64,000 nucleotides of DNA from Eledone cirrhosa (GCA_964016885.1 OZ024743.1:179304001-179368000), one strand, 5' to 3'; shown: positions 13,933 through 26,400, numbered from the stretch's first letter. A program made the numbers and translations. Notes: generated by a model from the letters alone, not told the origin.

Positions 13933-14118
13933 TAGGAAAATATTTATCCCCGATGGCGGAGCTCAAGCCGTTTCTGAGTTCAGAATTAGCCGTCGAAACG
14001 GCTTGAGCTCTGCTGTCGGGGTTAAATATGTTCCTATTACCCACTATACTACCCTAAGAATTGAGTACTCTGGTGCGTTATGGTCCATCTGGTTCCTTAC
14101 CACACTGCCTTCGTTATA
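13933..14118 (+). mobile_element. Penelope-derived terminal fragment (3' half of hammerhead plus tail) with inverted 5' arm
   Basis: GTC-GAAA-CGGCTTGAGCTCTGCTG-TC-GGGGT followed by a tail ending CCTTCGTTATATA; 13934-13974 is an inverted copy; sits in (TA)n; same family as 18800-19415 and 22193-22532. Confidence 0.65.
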
Positions 14119-14163
14119 TATATATATGTAATAAATGTAATCAAAGTCTTTCGAATATTAATA

Positions 14164-14352
14164 ATAATTGTTTCTACTTTTGGTACAAGGCCAGCAAATA
14201 CCTAGTGCATTACTGGTACTTTATTTTATCGACCCCGTAAGGATGAAAGGCAAAGTTAACCTCGGCGGGATTTGAACTCAGAATGGAAAGGGGCGTAACT
14301 CTATGCATCAAAGCATGGTGTCCTACCCTCTACTGATACTGCCAATCCACCT
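14164..14352 (-). mobile_element. SINE family A
   Basis: Reverse complement of the 1168-1350 type with A/B boxes and (ATT)n tail. Confidence 0.85.
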
Positions 14353-14976
14353 AATGTTTCTGGGTATCACCCATCATCAGTTCTGCTCACGGTACACCTG
14401 CCAACTGTCAGAGCTAGTCAAAATATATGCTATTTTCTAAAATATACAGTGACTGATCGACCTGATTTGCATATTAGCAGACTGGCTTATCAGTCAGATC
14501 TGCATATTAGCAGATCCACTGATCAGCCATATTTGCATATCAGCAGACTGGCCCGTCAGTTTCCTGTATACGAGCTATAAATGGCCAGTTTTAGAGTTTA
14601 ACTGCAATTCCCACATACAGTAAAATGAAGAAATCATTGCATGTCGGAATGGATTATAATTTTGGTAGCATTTCTAATGATTCTTCGATAAGAGGAATTC
14701 CATTCGACGCATGCCAATTATTTCCAGCTGACAGGCTTTGTAGAATATTCTTTCAGTATCATTTTGGATCTAACATCATGAACTAAGCAGAATACTACAA
14801 TGGTGACCTTTCTTAAAGTAAGCATTACACAGGAAATTGGATCACAGGTTCCGCGCACACACAGAGAAAGAATTATAGTTTTAAATAGGAATTGAAATCT
14901 TTGAAATTTAAAAATTAACCACCTACATAGTTGTTTGAAATAATTTATTTGCTTATCAATACAAACGCGTATATGC

Positions 14977-15067
<91 letters not shown>

Positions 15068-15418
15068 CAAATATATATATATATATACATGCATACATAT
15101 ATACATATATATATAGACATATATATATATATATATACACACACACATATATATATTACTTCATATGTTCTCTGGTTTTGTTTGCAATTCCTCCTATTTC
15201 TTCCCATTTTCCCCTTTAATTACCGCCACACACTCTATGTTATTCTTTGGTTTTAGATGAATATCTAATTCCAAAATCTTGGGAATTACTCTTTATATTC
15301 TCTTACTTCTAATTGGTAAACTAATAATATTCATCTTAATATGTTTTATGTAATATGTTTTTGTTGTTGCAAATGATTTGGTATGTCATTGGCTGTGCAC
15401 TTTCCATCTCTGTCTCTC

Positions 15419-15463
<45 letters not shown>

Positions 15464-15495
15464 ATTTAAATGGATACAGTTCAGTTAAAAGGAAT

Positions 15496-15616
15496 TTATT
15501 GACACGTGTTTCAATAACAGTTACATAACCTGAAAACAGCTGCTATCTACAAAGTATTAGTTATGCAGACATTCAATATTTCAATGTTATTATCAACTGT
15601 TATTTCATCAGAATAA
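15496..15616 (-). ncRNA. Type I hammerhead ribozyme motif with long stem II insertion
   Basis: TTATT-CTGATGA-AATAACAGTT...AACTGTTATT-GAAA-CACGTG-TC-AATAA; palindromic stem III; located at the 3' terminus of the Penelope element. Confidence 0.8.
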
Positions 15617-16442
15617 TTTTATTGAGAACCTGTTTGGTTTTTATAGAGAATATTAGGAGGGAGGGGTGAAGTTGTTAGAAGAATAGTTAAGGGAGTGGTT
15701 TTTTGATAGCAGTGAGAATTTTTGGTAGCAGTGAGTAATTAGATTCCCATCTGTTGTTTTGACATTTTTATAGAATACATTATTTGGCGTTGGTTATTTT
15801 TCTAAATCTATAGAAGGATTAGAGATAGTATAGATGTGCATGGTTGGTTTTGTGTTTGCACTTAATTAACATTCAGACTTAAATTTTTCTTTCAAGTGTA
15901 CGTATCCTTTCGCCCACGCATTTACGCACAAACATATAAGCACACCTCTACAAAATACATACACTCACATACACATACTTACATGCTCATACTTACATAC
16001 ATATACATGCACATATATATATATATATACATATATATACATATATATATGTACATACATACGCATTCATGTGTATACATTTTCATACTCAACTTATCTT
16101 TATATACACACGTATAGACACACACATATATACATACATACTCCTGTCTATGTTTATATATATATATATAAACACTTTAATACATGAATACACATACATC
16201 TAACCATACACATCAAACATATATATATATTTACTTATTTATATACATTTTCACATATATATACATACATATGGTCGCTTTTAGACACATTCATTATAGC
16301 ATATTCTCACCTATTCTCATCAGCATATCCTTCCATTATTAGTGTGGTAATTTAGGGTTATTAATATACATGTTGAGAAGAGATTGTTTTTATATTTTTC
16401 TAACTAGATTGAGGTTTATATAGTTGGGGGGATGTCCTTCTT

Positions 16443-17620
16443 TTATGTAATATTCAGCTTGTAGTGGGAAAAAAGGGTTTTAGTTCGGTGACGGCAGAAT
16501 AATGTTCGTTCAATTCTGTTATTAAGCAATTTCTTCTTGTGTGTGATTATGTAATAAATCTCAAGATTACACAATTTGCAGAAATTTTGGCTCCTGGAAA
16601 AGCCTTGGGTTTTAGCTAATTTCTCCCATTTTAGGGTAAACTTTTGATCGCTATCCCTGAGCGTCCAAGCTTTGTCTGCTAAAGTTGTTACATTTCTTTG
16701 GCTCTGGTGTTTTATTGAGTAAGAATGCCTATATAATCGAGATTTAAACGATGTTGCCGTTGATCCCACGTAATACCACTCGTTGCCTCCGGATTTAATG
16801 GTACAGTTATAGATGATATTTTTTTCCAGGCAGTTATTGCCTAGGGGGCAGTTGTCAGGATAGGTGCAGTTACAGTTGTGTACGTTGGTTTTGTAGTTAG
16901 GTTTACTCTGGAGTAGTATTGCGGACGAACTTAGGTGTGGTTTATTTATGTTCTGTAGTGTATTGTCTACTGTTTTTTTTGTGTTCTTTCTACTTAAGTT
17001 TTTAGTGTTTTCGTTTAACCTTCTAGTATTGATCGTTTTTATGTTTTGTTCAAGGTTTAACGCTGTTGAGTATGACAGTCTTATAGTGGTAGGGTTTAGG
17101 ATTTTGTGGTATTTGTGTGATGTAGGAAAATGTCTCTTAATTATTTTAAAGAAGAGTACTGGTAAATTTGTACTAATGGAACTATTGTATTCAGGGTTAT
17201 ACCATAAGTACTCTTTGCATCGCTTTCTATTAGTTTTGTTTGTTGCTTTACTGGTGTGTATACTATGGTAGTAAGTGTGGTTTGGTGTTGTGTTATTATA
17301 TCTACCTATGTGGGATTTATTTTGGGTGTTTTGATTGTTCTCATCTATATACTCTATTTTGTTGAGGTAGCCTGCTTTACTAAGGGCGTTATCGTAGTAC
17401 TCGGCGTGTTCCTTAAATACTTGTATGTTAGAAGATAGACCCGAGATTCTAAGGGAAATATTTTTAGGGATAGATTTAATTATAGAGATGGGGTGGTTAG
17501 ACCCAACATTTACGTACTTGAGATTTTCATTCAATTTATGAAACGTTTTAATCAGACCAGAGTTTAAATTGAGTGTGACATCCAGGAAGTTAACTACTTT
17601 AAGTTTGTATTCATATTTTA
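16443..17620 (-). pseudogene. Penelope RT C-terminus + GIY-YIG endonuclease (truncated)
   Basis: VNFLDVTLNL, YVNVGSNHP, LWYNPEY, CNCTYPDNCPLGNNC, IIYNC..YYVGSTATSFKSRLYRH, CKLCNLE, CRHR. Confidence 0.9.
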
Positions 17621-17679
17621 TCTGATGAGGATGTACTGTTGAAATAGCTCAGTACCTCTGAAATATGTATAATAAAATA
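17614..17679 (+). ncRNA. Type I hammerhead ribozyme motif
   Basis: TATTTTAT-CTGATGA-GGATGTACTG..CAGTACCTCT-GAAA-TATGTA-TA-ATAAAATA; perfect 8-bp stem I. Confidence 0.85.
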
Positions 17680-17897
17680 TATTTGATCACATGAATGTCT
17701 ATATTTATTGATATTTTGAAGTAATATTAATAACTCCAGAAAACCCCTTGTAGAGTGCTTGTAAGCTATTGTGAAACTTTATTCATTGATGAATTCATTG
17801 AACCTTGTTAAACTTTTAATTATATATATATATATATATATATCATTATGTGTGTGAGTGTACGCACGGATTCGCACACACACACACTCACACACAC

Positions 17898-17949
<52 letters not shown>

Positions 17950-17957
<8 letters not shown>

Positions 17958-18786
17958 GAATAATCGAGAATCGGAATTTCAGCCCACGAAATCACGATAA
18001 ACAATATCCGATATGTGTGGCAGAGGGCTCAATAATTTGGAAAAATCAGAGATATAACTATCGTTAAAATACCAACACATAGAGGTCATGCCTAAAATCA
18101 CCCATGCAGCCGAAAATAAACGACCAGGAAGATTCGGGTCACTCAAATAAAATATCAATAATTTAATAAATTAAATGAATATAAAATTTACCCGGACCCG
18201 CTAGAATGATGTTAAATCTAGCTTCTTGGGTTTCTGCAATTCCTTAATCTGAACACTATCAGCCCAATAAAAGATATATAAGGCCTATAGAGAAGAGGGG
18301 AACAAGGAAAGCTTTATCAACGAGTCTTTAGTTCCACAGTATAGAAGGACCCCGAAGCCGAATGACGCACATGGTATTCAGCAAGGGAGGGAACCCTTAT
18401 ATTAGCGAAAGAATTCGGTGATGTGTAAATTATGTAACAATACAAATTATCACATATTGAATCAGAGTGCTCAACAGACATGTTAAAATAAACAAGAGCT
18501 ATTCATCAGTCAATAAGATCAACAAAGAAATCATCAATAAAATTAACTGGTCAATAGCTAGGGTCTAGAGCTAAATATAGTAGAATAATCGAGAATCGGA
18601 ATTTCAGCCCACGAAATCACGATAAATAATATCCGATATGTGTGGCAGAGGGCTCAATAATTTGGAAAAATCAGAGCTATAACTATCGTTAAAATACCAA
18701 CACATAGACGTCATGCCTAAAATCACCCATGCAGCCGAAAATAAACGACCAGGAAGATTCGGGTCACTCAAATAAGATATCAATAA
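17950..18786. mobile_element. Non-coding element with ~212-bp direct terminal repeats (period 625 bp)
   Basis: 17950-18161 and 18575-18786 are near-identical (about 4 differences by eye); (TA)n on both sides; no ORF. Confidence 0.75.
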
Positions 18787-18812
18787 AATATATATATATA
18801 TGAATGAGTAGG

Positions 18813-18908
18813 ACCCCGACGGCTGAGCTCAAGCCATTTCTACGGCTAATTCTGGACTAAATGAAAATGTTTATCCTGGTATATAAATAGCCGAGCTTCT
18901 CAGGGGGT
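18813..18908 (-). ncRNA. Hammerhead-like motif, core CTGAGAA
   Basis: ACCCC-CTGAGAA-GCTCGGCTA..TAGCCGTA-GAAA-TGGCTTGAGCTCAGCCG-TC-GGGGT. Confidence 0.55.
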
Positions 18909-19176
18909 AATTCCATATATGGTAAAAGTTATTGTCACAAGGATTGGTCAAAAGTTTGTTGTTGAGACACAGAATTCTATCATGGCGATTTGTGGAGGGA
19001 AGGGGTAGCTGAACTTGCCAGTAGAAGAAAGAGGGAGAGGGAGTGGAGGAAACCCAATCGTGCGTTGATAGTGCCAACTACAGCAGAATCCTAAAGATAT
19101 TACCCACTCTACTACCCTAAGTATTGAGTACTTTGGTGCGTTATGGTCCACCTGGTTCCTTACCACATTTCCTTCG

Positions 19177-19211
<35 letters not shown>

Positions 19212-19253
19212 TGTAATAATATATATATATATATAATATATATATATATATAT

Positions 19254-19288
<35 letters not shown>

Positions 19289-19412
19289 ACGAAGGAAATG
19301 TGGTAAGGAACCAGGTGGACCATAACGCACCAAAGTACTCAATACTAGTTTTTAAGCGTCCAGAATTAGCCGTCGAAACGGCTTGAGCTCAGCTGTCGGG
19401 GTCTTACTGGTT

Positions 19413-19472
<60 letters not shown>

Positions 19473-19503
19473 GTATATATATATGATATATATATATAAT
19501 ATA

Positions 19504-20141
19504 CTAGCAGTAAAGCCCGGCGTTGCTCGGGGTCGCTCAGTAGCTGTGTTAAAGTTACAATGTTAAGTTTCTTTTTTGGCTTAAAGTATGTCTGCACGAC
19601 TGTCTGTCTGCACGCCTAACGAAATTTACAGATACATATATTTTAAATAAACTTATATAATTTTTGCTTTTTTTTACGAAATATTTGCTTGTTTTACGTA
19701 GTCTTTAAATAGACTTGTTTTCAAGTAAAAATATTGTTTTAAAAGGCTTTTAAATGGAAATGAAGCAAAACGGAAGTTTAGTGTTCGAACTGATGAATTT
19801 TGCAGGTCAAAATTTTGCTGGCTCGACAACTGTTCGTGTATTGTGTTAATGTCATTTTAAACGCTGAGAAAGCCAGCGTAATTTTTTTAATTTTTGCACG
19901 CAGACGCTCAATGTAAACAGAACAAAGGGAAATAACTGATCACTTACGCTCAAAAATCGATACATTATATTCGATTTCGTCAGATAGGGCGGGTCAATTT
20001 GAAATATTTTTTTCCGATGTCTTCGCTAGGGCTCAATGTACAAGTATAGCAATTTCGGTGCAATTCCGTGAGAGATTCTAAGAGGAGATATGTGCCAAAA
20101 ATCGATAGACAGACAGACAACCTCAGTTTTATATATATAGA
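19504..20141 (-). mobile_element. Non-autonomous Helitron-like element
   Basis: 5' TCTATATATATAAAA, (CTGT)n near the 5' end, 3' hairpin CCCGAGCAACGCCGGG then CTAG followed by T. Confidence 0.8.
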
Positions 20142-20171
20142 TAAATATATATAATATATATATATATATAA

Positions 20172-21106
20172 TCTATATATATAAAACTGTGGTTGTCTGT
20201 CTGTCTATCGATTTTTGGCACACATCTCCTCTTAGAATCTCTCACGGAATTGCACCGAAATTGCTATACTTGTACATTGAGCCCTAGCGAAGACATCGGA
20301 AACAAAAATATTTCAAATTGACCCACCCTATGTGACGAAATCGAATATAATGTATCGATTTTTGAGCGTAAGTGATCAGTTATTTCCCTTTGTTCTGTTT
20401 ACATTGAGCGTCTTACGTAAAAAATTACGCTGGCTTTAACAGTTGTCGAGCCAGCAAAATATTGACCTGCAAAATTCATCAGTTCGAACACTAAGCTTCC
20501 GTTTTGCTTCATTTCCATTTAAAAGCATTTTAAAACAATATTTTTACTTGAAAACAAGTCTATTTAAAGACTACGTAAAACAAGCAAATATTTCGTCGTT
20601 AGGCGTGCAGACAGACAGTCGTGCAGACAGACAGTCGTGCAGACATACAGTCGTGCAGAGAGGTGATATACGCGTGCAGACAGATAGACAGTCGTGCAGA
20701 GAGGTGATATAGGCATGCAGACAGACAGTCGTCCAGAGAGGTGATATAGGCGTGCAGACAGACAGTCGTGCAGAGAGGTGATATAGGCGTGCAGACAGAC
20801 ATAACTGATAATTTGGTTACGCAAATGTTTTTCTCTGCGTTGCAGTGTTTACATTTTCGATCTTTGTTAATAAATAACCAGTGCAGTTTCTATCCCCAGC
20901 ATCCTCTTTTTTTATAACATTCGGGTTATCGTTATGTTTTCTTAACTTCATAAGGCATATTGTTGGTTGAGGGAATATTAATCAAAAACACCACATGCAA
21001 GTCTGCACAGTAGACACTACAGTTTTTAAGCCAAGAAAGAAACTTAACATTGTAACTTTAACACAGCTACTGAGCGACCCCGAGCAACGCCGGGCTTTAC
21101 TGCTAG
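20172..21106 (+). mobile_element. Non-autonomous Helitron-like element with internal minisatellite
   Basis: A|TCTATATATATAAAACTG ... CCCGAGCAACGCCGGG-CTTTACTG-CTAG|T; internal ~37-bp GTGCAGAGAGGTGATATAGGCGTGCAGACAGACAGTC repeats at ~20603-20800. Confidence 0.82.
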
Positions 21107-21135
21107 TATATATATATATATAATCTATATATATA

Positions 21136-21435
21136 ATAATTGTTTCTACTTTTGGCACAAAGCCAGCAAATATCCAGTGCATTACTGGTACTTTATTTTA
21201 TCGATCCCGTAAGGATGAAAGGCAAAGTTAACCTTGGCGGGATTTGAACTCAGATCATAAAGGGGCGTAACTCTGTGCTGCAAAGCATAGCGTCCGTTCC
21301 TCTACCGATACTGCCGATTCAATGCCCATATATATATACAATAATTGTTTCTACTTTAGGCACAAGGCCAGCAATTAACCAGTACATTACTGGTACTTTA
21401 TTTTATCGACCCCGTAAGGATGAAAGGCAAAGTTA
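21136..21435 (-). mobile_element. SINE family A: one near-full copy plus one 3' fragment
   Basis: Same boxes and core as 1168-1350. Confidence 0.85.
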
Positions 21436-21856
21436 TATATACAATAATGAGAGGTACACGGTAGAGTAACCACGGAAGTATAGTGACTGCTTTCAAGCTA
21501 ATACTATATACACTTCTAATCTTCCTTACCACCCTTCTGTAGCCTCTGTATCATATTAATATCCCCTCCGCCTTCTGTGATATTTTTTACTGCTACAAGG
21601 AATTTAATCCCATTTCTTGACCACTGTACCACGTGATAGTTTTTCCCTCCGCTTTTTCGAGATTCTTTCGCGCGATGCAAACCTGTTTTGAAAGTTTTCC
21701 CTGAGGTGTTCCCTTCAAAAGTTGGCCTACCTCACAAAAATGTTACATCTCTATGATATAGGATATTTGCATAGTAGCTACGAAACTGTACAGTCGGGAA
21801 TTTGAAGAAAAAATGGGTATTTATTTATGTCTAATATTTCTTCTTACTTTTTTATA

Positions 21857-21958
<102 letters not shown>

Positions 21959-21964
21959 TATGAA

Positions 21965-22157
21965 GTGGTAGAACACTGTAAGGTAATATCCGTAGTGGTA
22001 GAGCACTCAGTCCATGGGTGGAGTTAGGGAGAAGTGGTTACACAACAGTTAGTTCACCATACCGAGAACAATTGTTTCACCTTAGCGAGCTGAGGTTGCG
22101 CTAAGGTGAAACAATTGTTCTCGGTATGGTAAATTAACTGTTGTGTAATGTAACCAC

Positions 22158-22160
<3 letters not shown>
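21965..22160. mobile_element. Fold-back element centred on a hammerhead 3' half
   Basis: Arms ~22035-22087 and ~22099-22158 are inverted and carry GAAA-CAATTG-TT; same family at 43285-43432. Confidence 0.6.
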
Positions 22161-22196
<36 letters not shown>

Positions 22197-22206
22197 AACC
22201 AGTAAG

Positions 22207-22300
22207 ACCCCGACGGCTGAGCTCAAGCCGTTTCGACGGCTAATTCTGGACTAAATGAAAATTTATCCTGGTATTTAAATAGCCGATCTTCTCAAGGGGT
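22207..22300 (-). ncRNA. Type I hammerhead motif with U3-A8 core (TTGAGAA)
   Basis: ACCCC-TTGAGAA-GATCGGCTA..TAGCCGTC-GAAA-CGGCTTGAGCTCAGCCG-TC-GGGGT; all three stems pair. Confidence 0.7.
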
Positions 22301-22528
22301 AATTCCATATATGGTCAAAGTGATTGTTAAAAGTCAGTAGTAATTCTGTGATTGCAAATTAGTAGGGGAGATGGTGGCTAAACCTGCCAGTAGGAGAAAG
22401 AGGGGAGGGTGTGGAGTAGACCCAATCAAGCGTTGGTAGTGCCAGCTACAGCTGGGCATGAGGTCAAAGAAGATACTGGGGAGGGGGAGGGGGAGGAAGT
22501 CGGAACTAAACTGTATCCATTCAAATCT

Positions 22529-22620
<92 letters not shown>

Positions 22621-22660
22621 GAAACATAAGTCAATTGCATAAACTAATAATCCTTTATTT

Positions 22661-22716
22661 ACTGCTATATATATTTCGATGATAGCCATTGAATGGCTAT
22701 GACCTCATCAGGCAGT
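22661..22716 (-). ncRNA. Minimal type I hammerhead ribozyme motif
   Basis: ACTGC-CTGATGA-GGTCATAGCCATTCAATGGCTATCATC-GAAA-TATATA-TA-GCAGT. Confidence 0.85.
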
Positions 22717-23444
22717 TAGTCAGTTCTTAGATATGCCAGCTCTGTGTTTTTTTGTGTTGATGGTTTCAGAGCCTTGGGACATATGAGCTTGTTAGGAATA
22801 ATTTAATGTAGTCAGCAGGAATAATCATAATTCTCATTGGTCAGTTTTTAGATGCTTGTAGGGTTGGTATTTGACCTCAAAGAGGCAGGTGGTGTGTAAA
22901 GTTCAAACCGTCAGGCAAGATGACAATAGTTCCATATGACTGATTTTCACAAAAAGCATTCCTGGTCAGATATATATTCAATTAAGGTTTATAGTAGGAA
23001 ATTCGATACTACAGGTCATTCTTAAATTGAGGAATTTATGTGGGCTGGTACTACTGAAAATTATGGTTAAAGTCAAGCACTAGAAAGTTTACATATACAA
23101 AGACTTATGTTGGTTGACTTGCACATACACTCACACCCACCCCCCACATCCACACACACACATCCACACATAAAAATTGAGGAATTTATGTGGGGTGGTA
23201 ATACTGAAAATTATGGTTAGAGTCAAATACTTAGAAATAAAAACTTATGTTGGTTGACTATATATATATATATACATATAATAGGGTTAAAGTATCGTAG
23301 GAGAGGATGAAGCGGATACATACAAAGAGGTGCGACACAGAATACTAAATGCCAATAGCCGAAGCGTAGTGTGATCGATGCTTGGGTTAGCAGAGTAAAA
23401 ATTAGAGGAGGTTTATATTTAGCGTATGGTTTAAGCAGAGCTGG

Positions 23445-23556
23445 AATAAGCAAATGAATGAGTGAATGAAAGAGTTACAAGCCGTTAAAACATATCTTTA
23501 TAAATATATGTTTTAACGGCTTGTAATTCTTTCATTCACTCATTCATTTGCTTATA
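23445..23556. repeat. Fold-back palindrome (~50-bp arms)
   Basis: ATAAGCAAATGAATGAGTGAATGAAAGAGTTACAAGCCGTTAAAACATAT and its near-perfect reverse complement. Confidence 0.85.
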
Positions 23557-23583
23557 TAAACACACACACACACACACACACAT

Positions 23584-23624
<41 letters not shown>

Positions 23625-23645
23625 AATATATACGCTTACACACAC

Positions 23646-23682
<37 letters not shown>

Positions 23683-24258
23683 TGTATATATATATATATA
23701 TAAAAATATATATATATGTATATGTGTGTGTGTGTGTGTGTGCATATGTGTAACAGAACAGTCAAAATTTGACAGATTCATATATATATATATGCATGTG
23801 TATGTATGTGTGTGTGTGTCTGTGTGTATGGGATGGTGTGTGTGTACGACAACTTCCCGAATGGAAGTGAGGTGGGCGTAAACATCCCGGAACAAAATAC
23901 GGAATGGGGGTCACATAATGTATTCAAGTAGGTCTTTGATCTATACATAACTGTAACGGATTTGGAATACATAAAATATGTTAAGTGTACTCTTTACACT
24001 GTTAATATACTCTCGCTACTATTGGATTAGAGATACCACAGATATATCGACAAACCAAGTTTCTATGCATAATTAAAACGCGTAATTTCCCGGCCATTAA
24101 CAAGAGTCAAATGTCACCATCTACAACATCCAACAATTGTCAGTGAAATAGATTTTATGCGAAAGATTGTGGTAAGAGTCATATTAGGGGCTCCTCTGAA
24201 CTTGACAATAGCTTATAAACATTTTTTTTTTCTGAATCATTTAGTTGACATGCTAGAA

Positions 24259-24449
24259 ATAATTGTTTCTACTTTTGGCACAAGGCCTGCAATTACCCAG
24301 TATATTACTGGTACTTTATTTTATCGACCCCCATAAGGATGAAAGACAAAGTTAACATCGGCGGGATTTGAACTCAGAATGGCAAGGGCCGTAACAATAT
24401 GCGTCAAGCATGGCGTTCGATCCCCTACCGATACTGCCAATCCACCGCT
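24259..24449 (-). mobile_element. SINE family A
   Basis: Full-length reverse copy. Confidence 0.85.
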
Positions 24450-24571
24450 AGAAATAATATTGTATTTAGCGTGTAATATACGATTGAATGTACAATACAA
24501 AATGTGAGTAGTTTTTCCGAACACTCAGCCGATTTCTTTTTCATATATTTCATATTATTTTATCGTCAAAA

Positions 24572-24763
24572 AGGCGGTGGATTGGCAGTATCGGTAGAGG
24601 GTCGGACGCCATACTTTGCAGCATAGTTACGTCCCTTAACGATCTGAGTTCAAATCCCGCCGAGGTTAACTTTGCCTTTCATCCTTACGAGATCGATGAA
24701 ATAAAGTACCAGTAATGTACTGGGTAATTTGCTGGCCTTGTGGCAAAAGTAGAAACAATTATT
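24572..24763 (+). mobile_element. SINE family A, full length
   Basis: GGCGGTGGATTGGCAGTATCGGTAGAG...GAGTTCAAATCCC...GTAGAAACAATTATT. Confidence 0.88.
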
Positions 24764-25149
24764 CTATCGTCTTCTTATGATCCGATTCCAAAAACCCACT
24801 ATTCCTCCGAACCAACCGCCATCCCACCGGACGTACTAAAAATGGCTAAAAGTCAGTCTCGAGCCTGGAGGCTTATCTGGATGGTGGATATCCTGGTTCA
24901 TGTGCCATACAGCGTCTATGAATACAATACTCCCCACTCGACTATTAATATAATATAGCGCAGGATTAAGCTATTGCTGATACTCATTTTCAACTAGGTA
25001 TATTGGAGCAACGTGAAATAAAGTGCTTTGCTATAAAATACAACACAAAACCTAGTGCGGATTGCGCCAACTTGATGTGAAACCCACTTCATTACATTTT
25101 GGTTTCAGTTATTCTATTGCCTCAAATCTTGCGCTATTGGGGCCAATAA

Positions 25150-25720
25150 AATATTATTATAGTTGAAATCATCATTATTATTAACATTGTTATTATTATG
25201 TTTCACTATATAAACTCAGACACTTAGAAGTTAGACGATCTGGATATTTCAGTTAGAGAGCAGTCAACAACTATTTGACAAAGATTTCTCACTGAATGCT
25301 CCCCTGTGTCTTACATATACAATACTGTAATCACTAAAGTCTTCTTCATTCCATACAACGTTCCAGCCTTCTTCATCAGTGACTCATACTTCAACATCTT
25401 CTCATGCTCTTTATCCTTCACTCTACTATACCTTGTTACATATGTCGATAATTTGGGCCTCTTTATATTTCTTGTTGACAACTAAAATATCTGGTTCACT
25501 TGCCTCAATCCTTCTGTCGCATTGAATGGTCAAGTCCCACAGAAGCTTAGATTTTCTCACCCCCATTCTGGTCTCTGCATACAGTATTTAGTTGCTCTGT
25601 CAAACCCACATTTCTCAGATATCATCCGATGGATATATCTGGCAACATTATCATGTCGTCGTTTGTATTCCGATTATGGCTGATTATTTCTCCTAGTGTT
25701 CTACACATTCCATATAATGG
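25150..25720 (-). mobile_element. Degraded R4/Dong-like non-LTR retrotransposon 3' fragment (restriction-like endonuclease)
   Basis: Manual translation gives EYKRRHDNVARYIH, KLLWDLTIQCDRRIEASEPDILVVNK and RVKDKEHEKMLKY (RHD..PD..D..EK..KY pattern); ends in a degenerate (TAA)n. Confidence 0.75.
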
Positions 25721-26329
25721 TGATTTGAACTCAGAATAACCCTTCACGTTCTGAATGAAAATACCGCCGATGCTAGCTTTGCCTTTCTTACTTACGGGGT
25801 CGATAAAAGCACCTGTAATGCACTGGGGTCTATTTTATCGATTTTCCCTTCCCCCAAAACTGCTGGCTCTCTGGCTAAAGTAGAAACAATTATTATCAAT
25901 ATTATTATGAAATAATAAATAAAAATAAAATTAAAAGAAATAGTAATACTTATTTTTGTTATTAGTTGTTGTTTGTGCTGTTGACTTTGTTGTTCTTCTA
26001 ACTAATAATCCCGGTCTCCTTTTTGAAGAGTACTTGAAGACCAGATATGTCACAACTTTTGAGGACATAAGATGATATTACATACATATATCGTTTGTAT
26101 TCCTATGCCAAAAAATGTCGATAGTCTAACAGATTATATTAATTGTAAAGTACGTATAATCAAGTTGGAAATTGACAAAATATGACGAATGAACTTCTGA
26201 CCCCGCGCATATCTTGTTCACTAAGTGGCATCCCATTATTTTAGCGATGTTGTAAAAAGTTCCACATACATTCATACATGCATACTTACATACATACATG
26301 CATCCCTACAAACATACATACACACAAAC

Positions 26330-26400
<71 letters not shown>

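Larger units (their letters stand above)
15461..17820 (-). mobile_element. 5'-truncated Penelope-like (Naiad-type) retroelement PLE-1 with an opposite-strand hammerhead segment at its 5' junction
   Basis: RT thumb plus GIY-YIG ORF, 3' UTR with internal (CA/TA)n, terminal hammerhead, and (TA)n on both sides. Confidence 0.85.

Noticed and set aside
20603-20800. CRISPR-like regularly spaced repeats
   Set aside because: Head-to-tail minisatellite inside a Helitron, with no unique spacers and no cas genes, in eukaryotic context.
21696-21800. Hammerhead (CTGAGGT..GAAA-CTGTACAG-TC-GGGAA)
   Set aside because: A9 is missing and there is no convincing stem II; at most a relic, so not counted.
24572-24665. 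tRNA gene
   Set aside because: A and B boxes are present but there is no cloverleaf, and the sequence continues into a multi-copy SINE body.
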